Source of the DNA: an uncultured Mycoplasmatota bacterium
GTDB taxonomy: Bacteria > Bacillota_I > Bacilli_A > RF39 > UBA660
Direction: 5' to 3'
Assembly (NCBI GenBank): GCA_900543825.1
Contig: UQSR01000003.1
Location: 825 to 64,824, forward strand
Length of the DNA: 64,000 nt
The notes beneath the pieces were generated by a model that was not told the origin of the DNA, ran no database searches, and saw only the letters and a program-made list of their open reading frames with translations. Shown here piece by piece: positions 27,180-35,975 of this stretch. How positions within the stretch are numbered: position 1 is the first letter of the stretch; every line of letters begins with the position of its first letter. Both the position numbers and the translations under genes were made by a program.

Positions 27180-28746
27180 TTATACTTCTCCTACTTTCTT
27201 TTCTATTTATTATATATATTATACCTTTTGCTATTACATTAAAAAATAATATAATTAATGATATAATAGCAGCCTCTCCAAGCATCATATTTCCTTCATA
27301 ATTATTTATAAGTAACGATAATGGCATCGTTTTAGTATTAAATAAAAACGTAATAGCAGATATAGTTACCATAGAATTAACAAAGAAATAAGTAAGCATT
27401 TCTCTTATTGTCTTCTTTGTACATGGTATTATTACATCAATTATTATCCTAAGTACACTAATATTACATGTTTTAGCAACAACCTCATAATTAGGATTAA
27501 CCTTCTCTAGAGCATTATATGCCATTAAATATGGTGAAGCAATAAAATGAATAATATTTACTATAACCATAATTATAAATGTATTATATATAAAACTATT
27601 CCTAAAACCTATTGAATACGATAACCCTAATACGATTCCTGGTATTGCTAAAGATATTATTGTCAATACATGTATTACTTTTGCTGATTTTCCCTTTATT
27701 CTAGCAGTAGTATAAGCAGCAAAATATGCTATAAATGTTCCAAATATGGATACTAAAATAGATATAAATAAAGAATTAAATATATATTTACCAATATTAT
27801 TATCTATAATATATTCAAAATGTTTAAATGACAAAGTGTTATCAATTACAGGATTATTTACAAAGGCATAATAAATAAACGAACCTAATATTAAAAATAT
27901 AAAAGCAATTATCAAATAAACAAATATAGTTAATATTACATCCCTCTTTTTATTAGAACTAATTTTATATTCCTTACCTTCAAACTCACCACTACTATAA
28001 TCCTTAGAAAAATTATCAAACAAAAATGATATAATAGCAGGAATAAGTAAAAATAATCCTATCATTGTTCCTTTAGAATAATCAAGTAATCCTATTACCT
28101 CTTTATATAAAAATACAGGTAATGTAATAAACTTTCCCCCTACCGCTAAAGGCACACCATAATCAGTAAATATCATTGTAAATACCGCAAATATAGCAGA
28201 TAATAATGGCTTTTTCAAATAACATAAAGTTACCTTCTTAAATGTTTGCCATTTATTCATTCCAAGTACTTTAGCAGTACTATACATATTATTATCAATA
28301 TAATTAAAACCATCATCTAACATTAAAAAAGCTACTGGGAAAGAATACATAATAGAACCAAGTATAATTCCATAACTTCCAATGATATTAAAGCCTAATG
28401 ACTTTGATATTATACCATTAGCACCAAATAAATTTATTAATCCAAGTCCATGAGATATAGATGGTATAAGCATGGGTACTGTAAGCAATAATTTTAATAT
28501 AGCTTTATGTTTTATATTAGTTCTATTTAATGTAAAAGCCAAGAAAAAAGCTATCAATATTGATACTATAGTAGATATACTAGTTACTATTAATGAATTA
28601 GATAATGCTTCTTTAAAAGCAAAAGACGAAACCAACGATCCAAAATCAGACCATTCTACCCTAATTAACATTTCTAGTAGTGGATAAAAAACTGTTACTA
28701 ATAAAAATATAAAAATCAATATACTTATTTTACTTTTCTTTTTCAT
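27163..28746 (-). CDS. ABC importer permease with two fused transmembrane domains (FbpB/ThiP/PhnU-type)
   Basis: 527 aa with about 12 TM helices in two tandem binding-protein-dependent permease modules. It overlaps both neighbouring genes. Confidence 0.8.
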   Translation of the reverse strand: MKKKSKISILIFIFLLVTVFYPLLEMLIRVEWSDFGSLVSSFAFKEALSNSLIVTSISTIVSILIAFFLAFTLNRTNIKHKAILKLLLTVPMLIPSISHGLGLINLFGANGIISKSLGFNIIGSYGIILGSIMYSFPVAFLMLDDGFNYIDNNMYSTAKVLGMNKWQTFKKVTLCYLKKPLLSAIFAVFTMIFTDYGVPLAVGGKFITLPVFLYKEVIGLLDYSKGTMIGLFLLIPAIISFLFDNFSKDYSSGEFEGKEYKISSNKKRDVILTIFVYLIIAFIFLILGSFIYYAFVNNPVIDNTLSFKHFEYIIDNNIGKYIFNSLFISILVSIFGTFIAYFAAYTTARIKGKSAKVIHVLTIISLAIPGIVLGLSYSIGFRNSFIYNTFIIMVIVNIIHFIASPYLMAYNALEKVNPNYEVVAKTCNISVLRIIIDVIIPCTKKTIREMLTYFFVNSMVTISAITFLFNTKTMPLSLLINNYEGNMMLGEAAIISLIILFFNVIAKGIIYIINRKESRRSINGYNI

Positions 28747-29507
28747 TACAAATCAATTCCTGTACATTTTTCTATTGATGATACTTTCTCTTTTAGATGA
28801 TTAGTAACAAAGTTTCTAACATAATCATTTTTAGGATGATTAAATATCTTATTAGGAACATCTATTTGTTCAATATTTCCATCATGCATAACCATTACTC
28901 TATCTGATAGAGAAAAAGCTTCTTCCTGATCATGAGTTATATATATCATAGTAGTCTTAAATTCCTTCTGAAGAGCCTTCAATTCTTTTCTTAATATTAA
29001 TCTATTATCAGCATCTAAAGCACTCATTGGTTCATCAAATAAAATTATATCTGGTTTTAAAGAAAGCGTTCTTGCTATTGCAACCCTTTGTTGCTGTCCA
29101 CCTGATAATTCATGTGGATATTTATTTATATGTTCATCCATATTTACTACGTTTAATACTTTCATAGCTTCCTTCTTAGCCTTATCCTTGTTTTTTAACT
29201 TTAAATTTAAAGCATACATAACATTATCTAAAACATTCATATTAGGGAATAGAGCATAGTTCTGAAAAACTATACCCATTCCTCTTTTAGAAGGATCTAA
29301 ATTTGTAATATCCTTCTCATTCTTAATAATTTCACCACTCGTAGGACTTTCTATACCAATCAAAATCTTTAGTAATGTTGTTTTACCACATCCGGAAGGT
29401 CCTAATATCGATAAAAACTCACCATCATTAACTTCAAAACTAATATTATTTAATACAGTTTTATCATTATATACTTTAGTAAGGTTATTTATCTTAAGAT
29501 TAACCAT
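28746..29507 (-). CDS. ABC transporter ATP-binding protein
   Basis: It has Walker A GPSGCGKTT, the signature LSGGQQQR and Walker B ILFDEP. At 253 aa it lacks a C-terminal regulatory domain. Confidence 0.9.
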   Translation of the reverse strand: MVNLKINNLTKVYNDKTVLNNISFEVNDGEFLSILGPSGCGKTTLLKILIGIESPTSGEIIKNEKDITNLDPSKRGMGIVFQNYALFPNMNVLDNVMYALNLKLKNKDKAKKEAMKVLNVVNMDEHINKYPHELSGGQQQRVAIARTLSLKPDIILFDEPMSALDADNRLILRKELKALQKEFKTTMIYITHDQEEAFSLSDRVMVMHDGNIEQIDVPNKIFNHPKNDYVRNFVTNHLKEKVSSIEKCTGIDL

Positions 29508-30477
29508 TTACTTCTCCCCACTTCTCTGTTAACTTATCTTTTGTCTCTATACTATCTATTCCAGTCATATCAGCATCAACCAAATCAGTAGGATAATTTT
29601 CTACCTTATTGTCTTGATCCTTTAATATTATATCTGGAAGATAATGCTCTTTATCATATTTACCAAAATCATTAATCAACCATTGAAATACTTTTCTTAC
29701 ATTTTCGTTTGTCTCTTTACCCTTAATAATACCAAATGATGTAGTATTATATGGAGACCCAGTATCTAACGAAACAATCTTAAAATCATATCCTTCATTA
29801 ATTGCATGTACACCTTGTGATGTCATTCCCATAGCAATAGCTATTTCTCCTTGTTTTAATAAATTAGTAGGTCCTGATCCAGAAGTTGTATATTCTCTCA
29901 TATTCTCTTTTAATTTTTTAAAATATTCTATTGCTTTATCCTCCCCCATAATATTTACAACATTCAAATAAAAACCATATCCAGTACCTGAAGTTTTTGG
30001 ATCAGGCATTGCTATTAATCCTTTATATTCTGGCTTTAATAAGTCATCATATGTTTTAGGAATATTTAACTTATGTTCTTTAAAATATTTATTATCAATG
30101 ATTAAATTCATAGTATATTTAGTCCAAGTCAAATAATTACTATCATTATTTACACCATCTAAATAAATACTAGTATCAAAATCAGATAAATCTGCAAAAT
30201 TATCTTTGACATCTTTCATATGAGCTGTCTCCAAATCCAATACTATATCTGCCTCTACTTTTGTGCCTTCATTTTTAATTTTAGCAGCACAATTTCCTGT
30301 AGCCATATATTGCACTACAACATCCATATCAGGAAATTCTTCTTTTACCATTTTCTTTAAATCCTGATTTCTTTCTTCTTCCATAGAGCTATATATTACT
30401 ACTCTATCTTTATTTGAACCACACCCCGTTAACAATAACATTAAGGTTAATCCTAAAAATATTATTTTTTTCTTCAT
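29500..30477 (-). CDS. ABC importer substrate-binding lipoprotein (Fe3+/thiamine/2-aminoethylphosphonate-type class)
   Basis: It has the lipobox LLLTGCGS, and its size and pattern fit a periplasmic binding protein. The start is taken at the ATG at 30477, because 30480 is a TTG. Confidence 0.75.
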   Translation of the reverse strand: MKKKIIFLGLTLMLLLTGCGSNKDRVVIYSSMEEERNQDLKKMVKEEFPDMDVVVQYMATGNCAAKIKNEGTKVEADIVLDLETAHMKDVKDNFADLSDFDTSIYLDGVNNDSNYLTWTKYTMNLIIDNKYFKEHKLNIPKTYDDLLKPEYKGLIAMPDPKTSGTGYGFYLNVVNIMGEDKAIEYFKKLKENMREYTTSGSGPTNLLKQGEIAIAMGMTSQGVHAINEGYDFKIVSLDTGSPYNTTSFGIIKGKETNENVRKVFQWLINDFGKYDKEHYLPDIILKDQDNKVENYPTDLVDADMTGIDSIETKDKLTEKWGEVNG

Positions 30478-30517
30478 CAATCTTCTCTCCTTCTTGAACT
30501 ATTTTGTTCATAATTAG

Positions 30518-30546
30518 ATTATAACATAATATTTTGAACATTACAA
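30518..30546 (-). promoter_or_regulatory. Sigma-A-type promoter of the ABC importer / glycopolymer operon
   Basis: The minus strand reads TTGTAA (30541-30546), N17, TGtTATAAT (-10 at 30518-23). It lies about 40 nt upstream of the SBP start. Confidence 0.55.
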
Positions 30547-30550
30547 TACC

Positions 30551-30583
30551 AACAAAAGAAAAAGAAACAATAAATGTTTCTTT
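30551..30583 (-). terminator. Terminator after the phosphodiester glycosidase gene
   Basis: A 9-bp stem, aaagaaaca (30561-69) with tgtttcttt (30575-83), is followed by TTCTTTTGTT on the minus strand. Confidence 0.65.
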
Positions 30584-30594
30584 CATTATTTATT

Positions 30595-31629
30595 TTATTC
30601 AGTCACAATAAATCCATCAGGTATCGGTCTTGTCTTTTCCATGTTATCCCAATTTATAGGATGATTTATTAATTCATTATTTATAACTAAAGCACTAGAA
30701 TTACCACCATCTAGATTAGCAGCATTATAAGCATGATATCTAAGTAAGATATCTACTAAGTCGTTCATATCAGCACCTTTACTTTTTAAACTTCTACCAT
30801 CAATTACTAAAAATAACACTATACCATCTTGCCTTTGAGCAATAGCACTTCTAGGATGAGTACCATATCCACCATTACCATTAATAAAAGCACTCTTCCC
30901 ATTAACTATTAAAAATGGTCCAAATTCTACAGCATCTCTTATTCCCATATTAATAGCTTCATTAGCACTTATCTTACCAAGATATAACTTATTATCATTA
31001 GTAAATCCAACTATACCACCACCATATTGACTAGTACCATAATTACTAATTATCTTACCTCCAGATATAATAGCTCCCATAGGTTGTCCACCACTACCCA
31101 ATCCTTCAGCATCCAAAAATCCACCACCATTTATAGCAACAACAGCATTTTCTCTCTTAGCCATATCAACTAAATATTCACCATCATTACCCAAATATCT
31201 ACTATAAGTAACTTTAATTTTAGAAGGATCATATATTGCTACAAGATATCCCCTATAACCATTTTCTTCTATTTCTATTAATTTATAAATATCATTTTTA
31301 TTTCTATCTAATATTTCCTTATCATATTTATCTTTATAATTATTATCTTCTTCAAGAATTAAACTAGTATCAGTATTTCCATCAGGTTCTATCATACTAT
31401 GTCTTTCTAAAATCTTATTAATAGTCTCATCATTATAAAATGTTTGTGCTAAATAATGATGCCTCATTGTACTCATAGCGGTAGTAACAAGCCAGTCTCT
31501 AAAGTTATTATAAGGACCATATAAAAGAAAAAGTACTATAACTGCAATAACATCACATATACTAAGAATAATAGTAAAAATATTATCCCTTTTCTTTTCT
31601 TTATCAATTCCATCCCTTTTTCTTCTCAT
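30595..31629 (-). CDS. Membrane-anchored phosphodiester glycosidase family protein (DUF2233 / uncovering-enzyme-like)
   Basis: A basic N-terminus plus one TM segment is followed by a C-terminal domain with AINGGGF, PRSAIAQ..DG.....VIDGR and AANLDGGNSS. Confidence 0.6.
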   Translation of the reverse strand: MRRKRDGIDKEKKRDNIFTIILSICDVIAVIVLFLLYGPYNNFRDWLVTTAMSTMRHHYLAQTFYNDETINKILERHSMIEPDGNTDTSLILEEDNNYKDKYDKEILDRNKNDIYKLIEIEENGYRGYLVAIYDPSKIKVTYSRYLGNDGEYLVDMAKRENAVVAINGGGFLDAEGLGSGGQPMGAIISGGKIISNYGTSQYGGGIVGFTNDNKLYLGKISANEAINMGIRDAVEFGPFLIVNGKSAFINGNGGYGTHPRSAIAQRQDGIVLFLVIDGRSLKSKGADMNDLVDILLRYHAYNAANLDGGNSSALVINNELINHPINWDNMEKTRPIPDGFIVTE

Positions 31630-31655
31630 AAGTACTACTCCTTTTTGTATACAAA

Positions 31656-32669
31656 TTATTTATTGTTTAAATATTTAACAACTCTCTCTATCTCATCATC
31701 CCCTATTAAAGGAATAATAACTCTAGATAAATTCTTATCACTATCCAAATACATTCCATCATTATTAAGTGATTCATTAACAATATTAGATAAAAATATA
31801 TTATATTCTCCTCTAGTAGTCATATAAAAACTAATCTTACAAGTATTATTATTAGTAAATATTCTAACCATATCATCATTAGATAAAGTATCAGTAGACA
31901 CAATCAAATGAATATTACATTTATCTCCAAGTGATAATAAATAATTAATATCCTCATCAATACTATTATCCATTTCTAATATTTCATATATCTCATCTAT
32001 AAATACTAGTATTCTCTCCCTATTACCATTCTTTACTCTTTCTTCAAATTCTCTTCTTAATAACTTAATCTTCTTAATAACATCATCTTTCCCATTAACA
32101 ACCTCACATACATTAGCAAAATCATTATAATTAATACTTTGTGTATCAAGTATAATAATCTTAGTATCAGTATAATTAATAAGAACATTCATAATAATAT
32201 TCCTAAATAAATTAGTCTTACCGCTGCCACTAGTACCAGTAACCAAAAGATTCTTATCCTTATCAAAATCAAAAATAATAACTCTATCTTCTTCATCTAA
32301 ACCTAAAGCTACCTTAAATTTATCATCCTTCTTATACATAGATAATAATTCCTTTAAAGTAAGAATATCCCTTTTCATATTAAGAACTTTAATCTCTATT
32401 TCATTATCACTAATTCTATCTATCTTTAATTCTTCTTTAGGTACTCCTAAAGCTAAAGCAATCTCCTTATTATATTCTATAATATCATTATAATCCTTAT
32501 CATCATTCCAACTAATACGATATATAGTTACTAAACGATAAACATTATACGTAACTTTAGGATTAAAACCAAAAGCCTTAAGAGTATTATGTAAATTACT
32601 AACAAACAAATCAGCATTAAGAACATTTCTATCATTATCAAAAGTTGGATTATTTAACAAATTAATCAT
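31656..32669 (-). CDS. FtsK/SpoIIIE-family ATPase, motor domain only (no TM region, no gamma domain)
   Basis: 337 aa. It has Walker A LLVTGTSGSGKTN and the Walker B-like ILVFIDEIYEI. The N-terminal part aligns with the FtsK alpha domain (LKAFGFNPKVTYNVYRLVTIYRI). Confidence 0.65.
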   Translation of the reverse strand: MINLLNNPTFDNDRNVLNADLFVSNLHNTLKAFGFNPKVTYNVYRLVTIYRISWNDDKDYNDIIEYNKEIALALGVPKEELKIDRISDNEIEIKVLNMKRDILTLKELLSMYKKDDKFKVALGLDEEDRVIIFDFDKDKNLLVTGTSGSGKTNLFRNIIMNVLINYTDTKIIILDTQSINYNDFANVCEVVNGKDDVIKKIKLLRREFEERVKNGNRERILVFIDEIYEILEMDNSIDEDINYLLSLGDKCNIHLIVSTDTLSNDDMVRIFTNNNTCKISFYMTTRGEYNIFLSNIVNESLNNDGMYLDSDKNLSRVIIPLIGDDEIERVVKYLNNK

Positions 32670-32684
32670 TTCTTACTCCTCCAA

Positions 32685-34196
32685 TTATTTCTTCTTCCTA
32701 TTTTTTATTAGTATATTACCAGTCATCTCACTAGGAATATCAAGTCCCATCAAATATAATATAGTTGGAGCAACATCACCAAGCTTACCATCTAATAATT
32801 TAACCTTCTTATCAAGAACAATAAAAGGTACCAAATTAGTCGTATGACTAGTATTAATACTACCATCTTTATTTCTCATAACCTCACAATTACCATGATC
32901 CGCTATTATTATCATAGTATATTCATCAAGAGAAATATTTTTTAATATCTTACCAATACATTCATCAACAGTCTCTACAGCCTTAATAGCAGCATCATAA
33001 TCACCAGTATGACCAACCATATCACCATTAGCAAAATTAAGTACAACAAAATCCTCCCTATTACTAGTAATTTCTCTTACCAAAGAAGCAGTAATCATAT
33101 TAGCACTCATTTCTGGTTCCCTATCATAAGTAGCTACTTTAGGACTAGGTATTAATATTCTTTTTTCATTATCATACACTTTATCAATACCACCATCAAA
33201 AAAATAAGTAACATGAGCATATTTCTCAGTTTCAGCAATTCGTAATTGAGTAAATCCCTTTTTTGATATATATTCTCCTAAAGTATTTTTAATTTTAGGA
33301 AGTTCAAAAGCATAAGGACAAAGCACCGTATCAGTAACATGCATCATACTAACAACCTTAAGATTATTAATCTTACATCTATCAAAACATTCATATTTAT
33401 CATTAGTAAACGCACTAGCTAATTCCCTTAATCTATCAGGTCTAAAATTAAAAAATATAATACCATCATTATCTTCTATAAGCCCATTTTCTATAGTAGC
33501 AGTAGGTACAATAAATTCATCTGTTATCTTATTTTTTTGACTACTTTTCCATACTTTTTTAACATCTACTACTAAAGAAGGTTTAGTCATAACATCATAG
33601 CTCTTTTTAACCCTATCAAATCTATTATCCCTATCCATACCATAATATCTACCACTAATAGAAGCAATCTTACCAAGTTTTAAACTCTTCATCTTTTTCT
33701 CTAACGCTTCAATATATTTAATACCACTAGTAGGACTAACATCCCTGCCATCAGTAAATATATGAACATATACATTTTTAACATTTTCTTTTTTACATAA
33801 ATCAAGTAAAGCAAATAAATGATTAATATGAGAATGCACCCCACCATCAGATAATAAACCAATTAAATGTAACTTAGAATTATTATCTTTAACATGTCTA
33901 ATAACTTTTAAAAATTCATCATTACTATAAAAAGACCCATCTTTTATTTTGCTATTTATTAGTTCTAACGATTGATATACTAGTCTACCAGCTCCAATAT
34001 TAGTATGACCAACTTCACTATTACCCATTTGACCACTAGGAAGTCCAACACTCTCACCAGAGGCAATCAAAGTAGCACTAGGATAATGATCCCATAAATA
34101 ATCAAGTACTGGTGTTTTAGCATTATACACAGCATTATATTTCTTTTCTTTAGATAACCCTATACCATCCATAATGCATAATAATATTTTCTTCAT
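32685..34196 (-). CDS. gpmI: 2,3-bisphosphoglycerate-independent phosphoglycerate mutase
   Basis: 503 aa. It has ILDGIG-type CIMDGIGL, GQMGNSEVGHTNIGAGR and ADHGN. Confidence 0.92.
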   Translation of the reverse strand: MKKILLCIMDGIGLSKEKKYNAVYNAKTPVLDYLWDHYPSATLIASGESVGLPSGQMGNSEVGHTNIGAGRLVYQSLELINSKIKDGSFYSNDEFLKVIRHVKDNNSKLHLIGLLSDGGVHSHINHLFALLDLCKKENVKNVYVHIFTDGRDVSPTSGIKYIEALEKKMKSLKLGKIASISGRYYGMDRDNRFDRVKKSYDVMTKPSLVVDVKKVWKSSQKNKITDEFIVPTATIENGLIEDNDGIIFFNFRPDRLRELASAFTNDKYECFDRCKINNLKVVSMMHVTDTVLCPYAFELPKIKNTLGEYISKKGFTQLRIAETEKYAHVTYFFDGGIDKVYDNEKRILIPSPKVATYDREPEMSANMITASLVREITSNREDFVVLNFANGDMVGHTGDYDAAIKAVETVDECIGKILKNISLDEYTMIIIADHGNCEVMRNKDGSINTSHTTNLVPFIVLDKKVKLLDGKLGDVAPTILYLMGLDIPSEMTGNILIKNRKKK

Positions 34197-34417
34197 TATA
34201 TCACCTATTTCCTATATAATTATATATGATATTTATTTATTTGTAAATAAAATAATTAAAGTTAAAAAAATATATTTTTGCAATATCCTTGTACCTTTTT
34301 TGCCATTTTTAGTATCAAAAAATGTACATTTTTAGATATTTCTCTATATTTTTACATTAAATGTATTAAAATATTATATTTTTTTAATATATTTATGATA
34401 AAATAAAGAAAAGGAGA

Positions 34418-35161
34418 ATGATAAATATGAATTTAAAATATTTCAGAAAAGCAATAATATTAATACATGGATTTGCCGGAGGCAATTATGATTATGGTAG
34501 TCTTAATAATGATTTAGAACTATATAGTAACTTTGATGTATTTACCTTTACACTACCAGGTCATGAAAAAATAGTTATTAATAAAGTAACAAGAAATGAT
34601 TGGATAAATAAAGCAGAAGAAGAAATAGAAAAAATAATTAATAATGGTTACCATGAAATATATATTATAGGCCATAGTATGGGAGGAGTTATAGCGGCAC
34701 ATTTAGCAAGTAAATATAAAGAAGTTACAAAATTAGTTTTAGCAGCTCCAGCCTTTCATTACTTAGCCTTTAATGGTGATAAAGTAGACGTAGCAAAAAG
34801 CATAAAAAAATTACCCAAATTATTTAAAAACTATAAACCAGAAGAAGTATTATCCAGATTCTTCAAAATACCAATACCAACCATTAGAGAATTCATGCTT
34901 TTAGTAGAAGAACACACAGGTGATGTAAAAAATATAACCTGCCCAACACTAATAATACATGGAGATAAAGATGATATCGTACCAAAAGATTCAGTATTAT
35001 ATGTATATAATACTATAGCAGCAAAAAGTGTCACTCTAGTAGAAATCAAAACACTTACTCATGATTTATTTATTAATAATAGATATGAAGAAGTAAAAGA
35101 ATTAATAACAAACTTTCTTAGAAAAAAACCAAAATTTGGAAAATATACCAAAAAAATATGA
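34418..35161 (+). CDS. Alpha/beta hydrolase (carboxylesterase / lysophospholipase-like)
   Basis: It has the oxyanion HGFAGG and the nucleophile elbow GHSMGG, with a conserved late D and H (HGDKDD...THD). Confidence 0.75.
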   Translation: MINMNLKYFRKAIILIHGFAGGNYDYGSLNNDLELYSNFDVFTFTLPGHEKIVINKVTRNDWINKAEEEIEKIINNGYHEIYIIGHSMGGVIAAHLASKYKEVTKLVLAAPAFHYLAFNGDKVDVAKSIKKLPKLFKNYKPEEVLSRFFKIPIPTIREFMLLVEEHTGDVKNITCPTLIIHGDKDDIVPKDSVLYVYNTIAAKSVTLVEIKTLTHDLFINNRYEEVKELITNFLRKKPKFGKYTKKI

Positions 35162-35184
35162 TTATATCAAAATAATCATATTTT

Positions 35185-35901
35185 TTATACCCTTTTTCCT
35201 ATTATTAATAAATACTTCTTATCATACTTTGCATAATCCTTATGTGTACTACAAGTCTGAAGTAATAAAATCTCATCATCAGCACTAACATCTACATTAG
35301 TATCATACATCGACTTACTCTTAAGTTTATTCAAATGTTCCAAATAATCACTATCATTAGCAAAGTTAATATTCATATAAGTAAAATCACTATACTCCAC
35401 AAATACCGAAAATATCTCATATTTTTTCTTAACATTATTTGTAGTAACATAAATATATTTATGATCATCATAATAATTCTTATCATAATAATTCTCTAAT
35501 ATCTTAAAAGGCATATCTACTCGAGAAGAATTATGACCAAATATCAAAAGCTTTTTACTATTATCAATATCAACCCTATAATCCAAATAAATAGATCCCA
35601 TATAATTATCTTCTTTATCAGGTGTATGATTCAAATAATACTCATTATCTTCTCCCTGCATAATAGGAGCACTATAATCCGTATTATCAAAAGATAAAAT
35701 ACCTACCACATCATCATTATTATACTTTTCCTTTAACTCATTTATTTCTTTACTATAATCAGTAGGATTAGTAACATTATTATTTCTCTCAACATCAAAA
35801 TCAATTTTCTTATCATTCTTATTATAAAACAAATATACCATTACCATAATAACAAATAAAACAAATAAACTAATAACTAATATTATCTTTCTTTTTTTCA
35901 T
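35185..35901 (-). CDS. srtB: Class B sortase
   Basis: It has an N-terminal TM anchor, FGHN (His), LLQTCS (catalytic Cys) and a C-terminal Arg. The length of 238 aa is typical of SrtB. Confidence 0.75.
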   Translation of the reverse strand: MKKRKIILVISLFVLFVIMVMVYLFYNKNDKKIDFDVERNNNVTNPTDYSKEINELKEKYNNDDVVGILSFDNTDYSAPIMQGEDNEYYLNHTPDKEDNYMGSIYLDYRVDIDNSKKLLIFGHNSSRVDMPFKILENYYDKNYYDDHKYIYVTTNNVKKKYEIFSVFVEYSDFTYMNINFANDSDYLEHLNKLKSKSMYDTNVDVSADDEILLLQTCSTHKDYAKYDKKYLLIIGKRV

Positions 35902-35975
35902 AAAAATCTCCTTGGCTAAGTATTATAGCATTATTTAACATATTGTCAAGCATTAACATTATGTAATAATCATAA

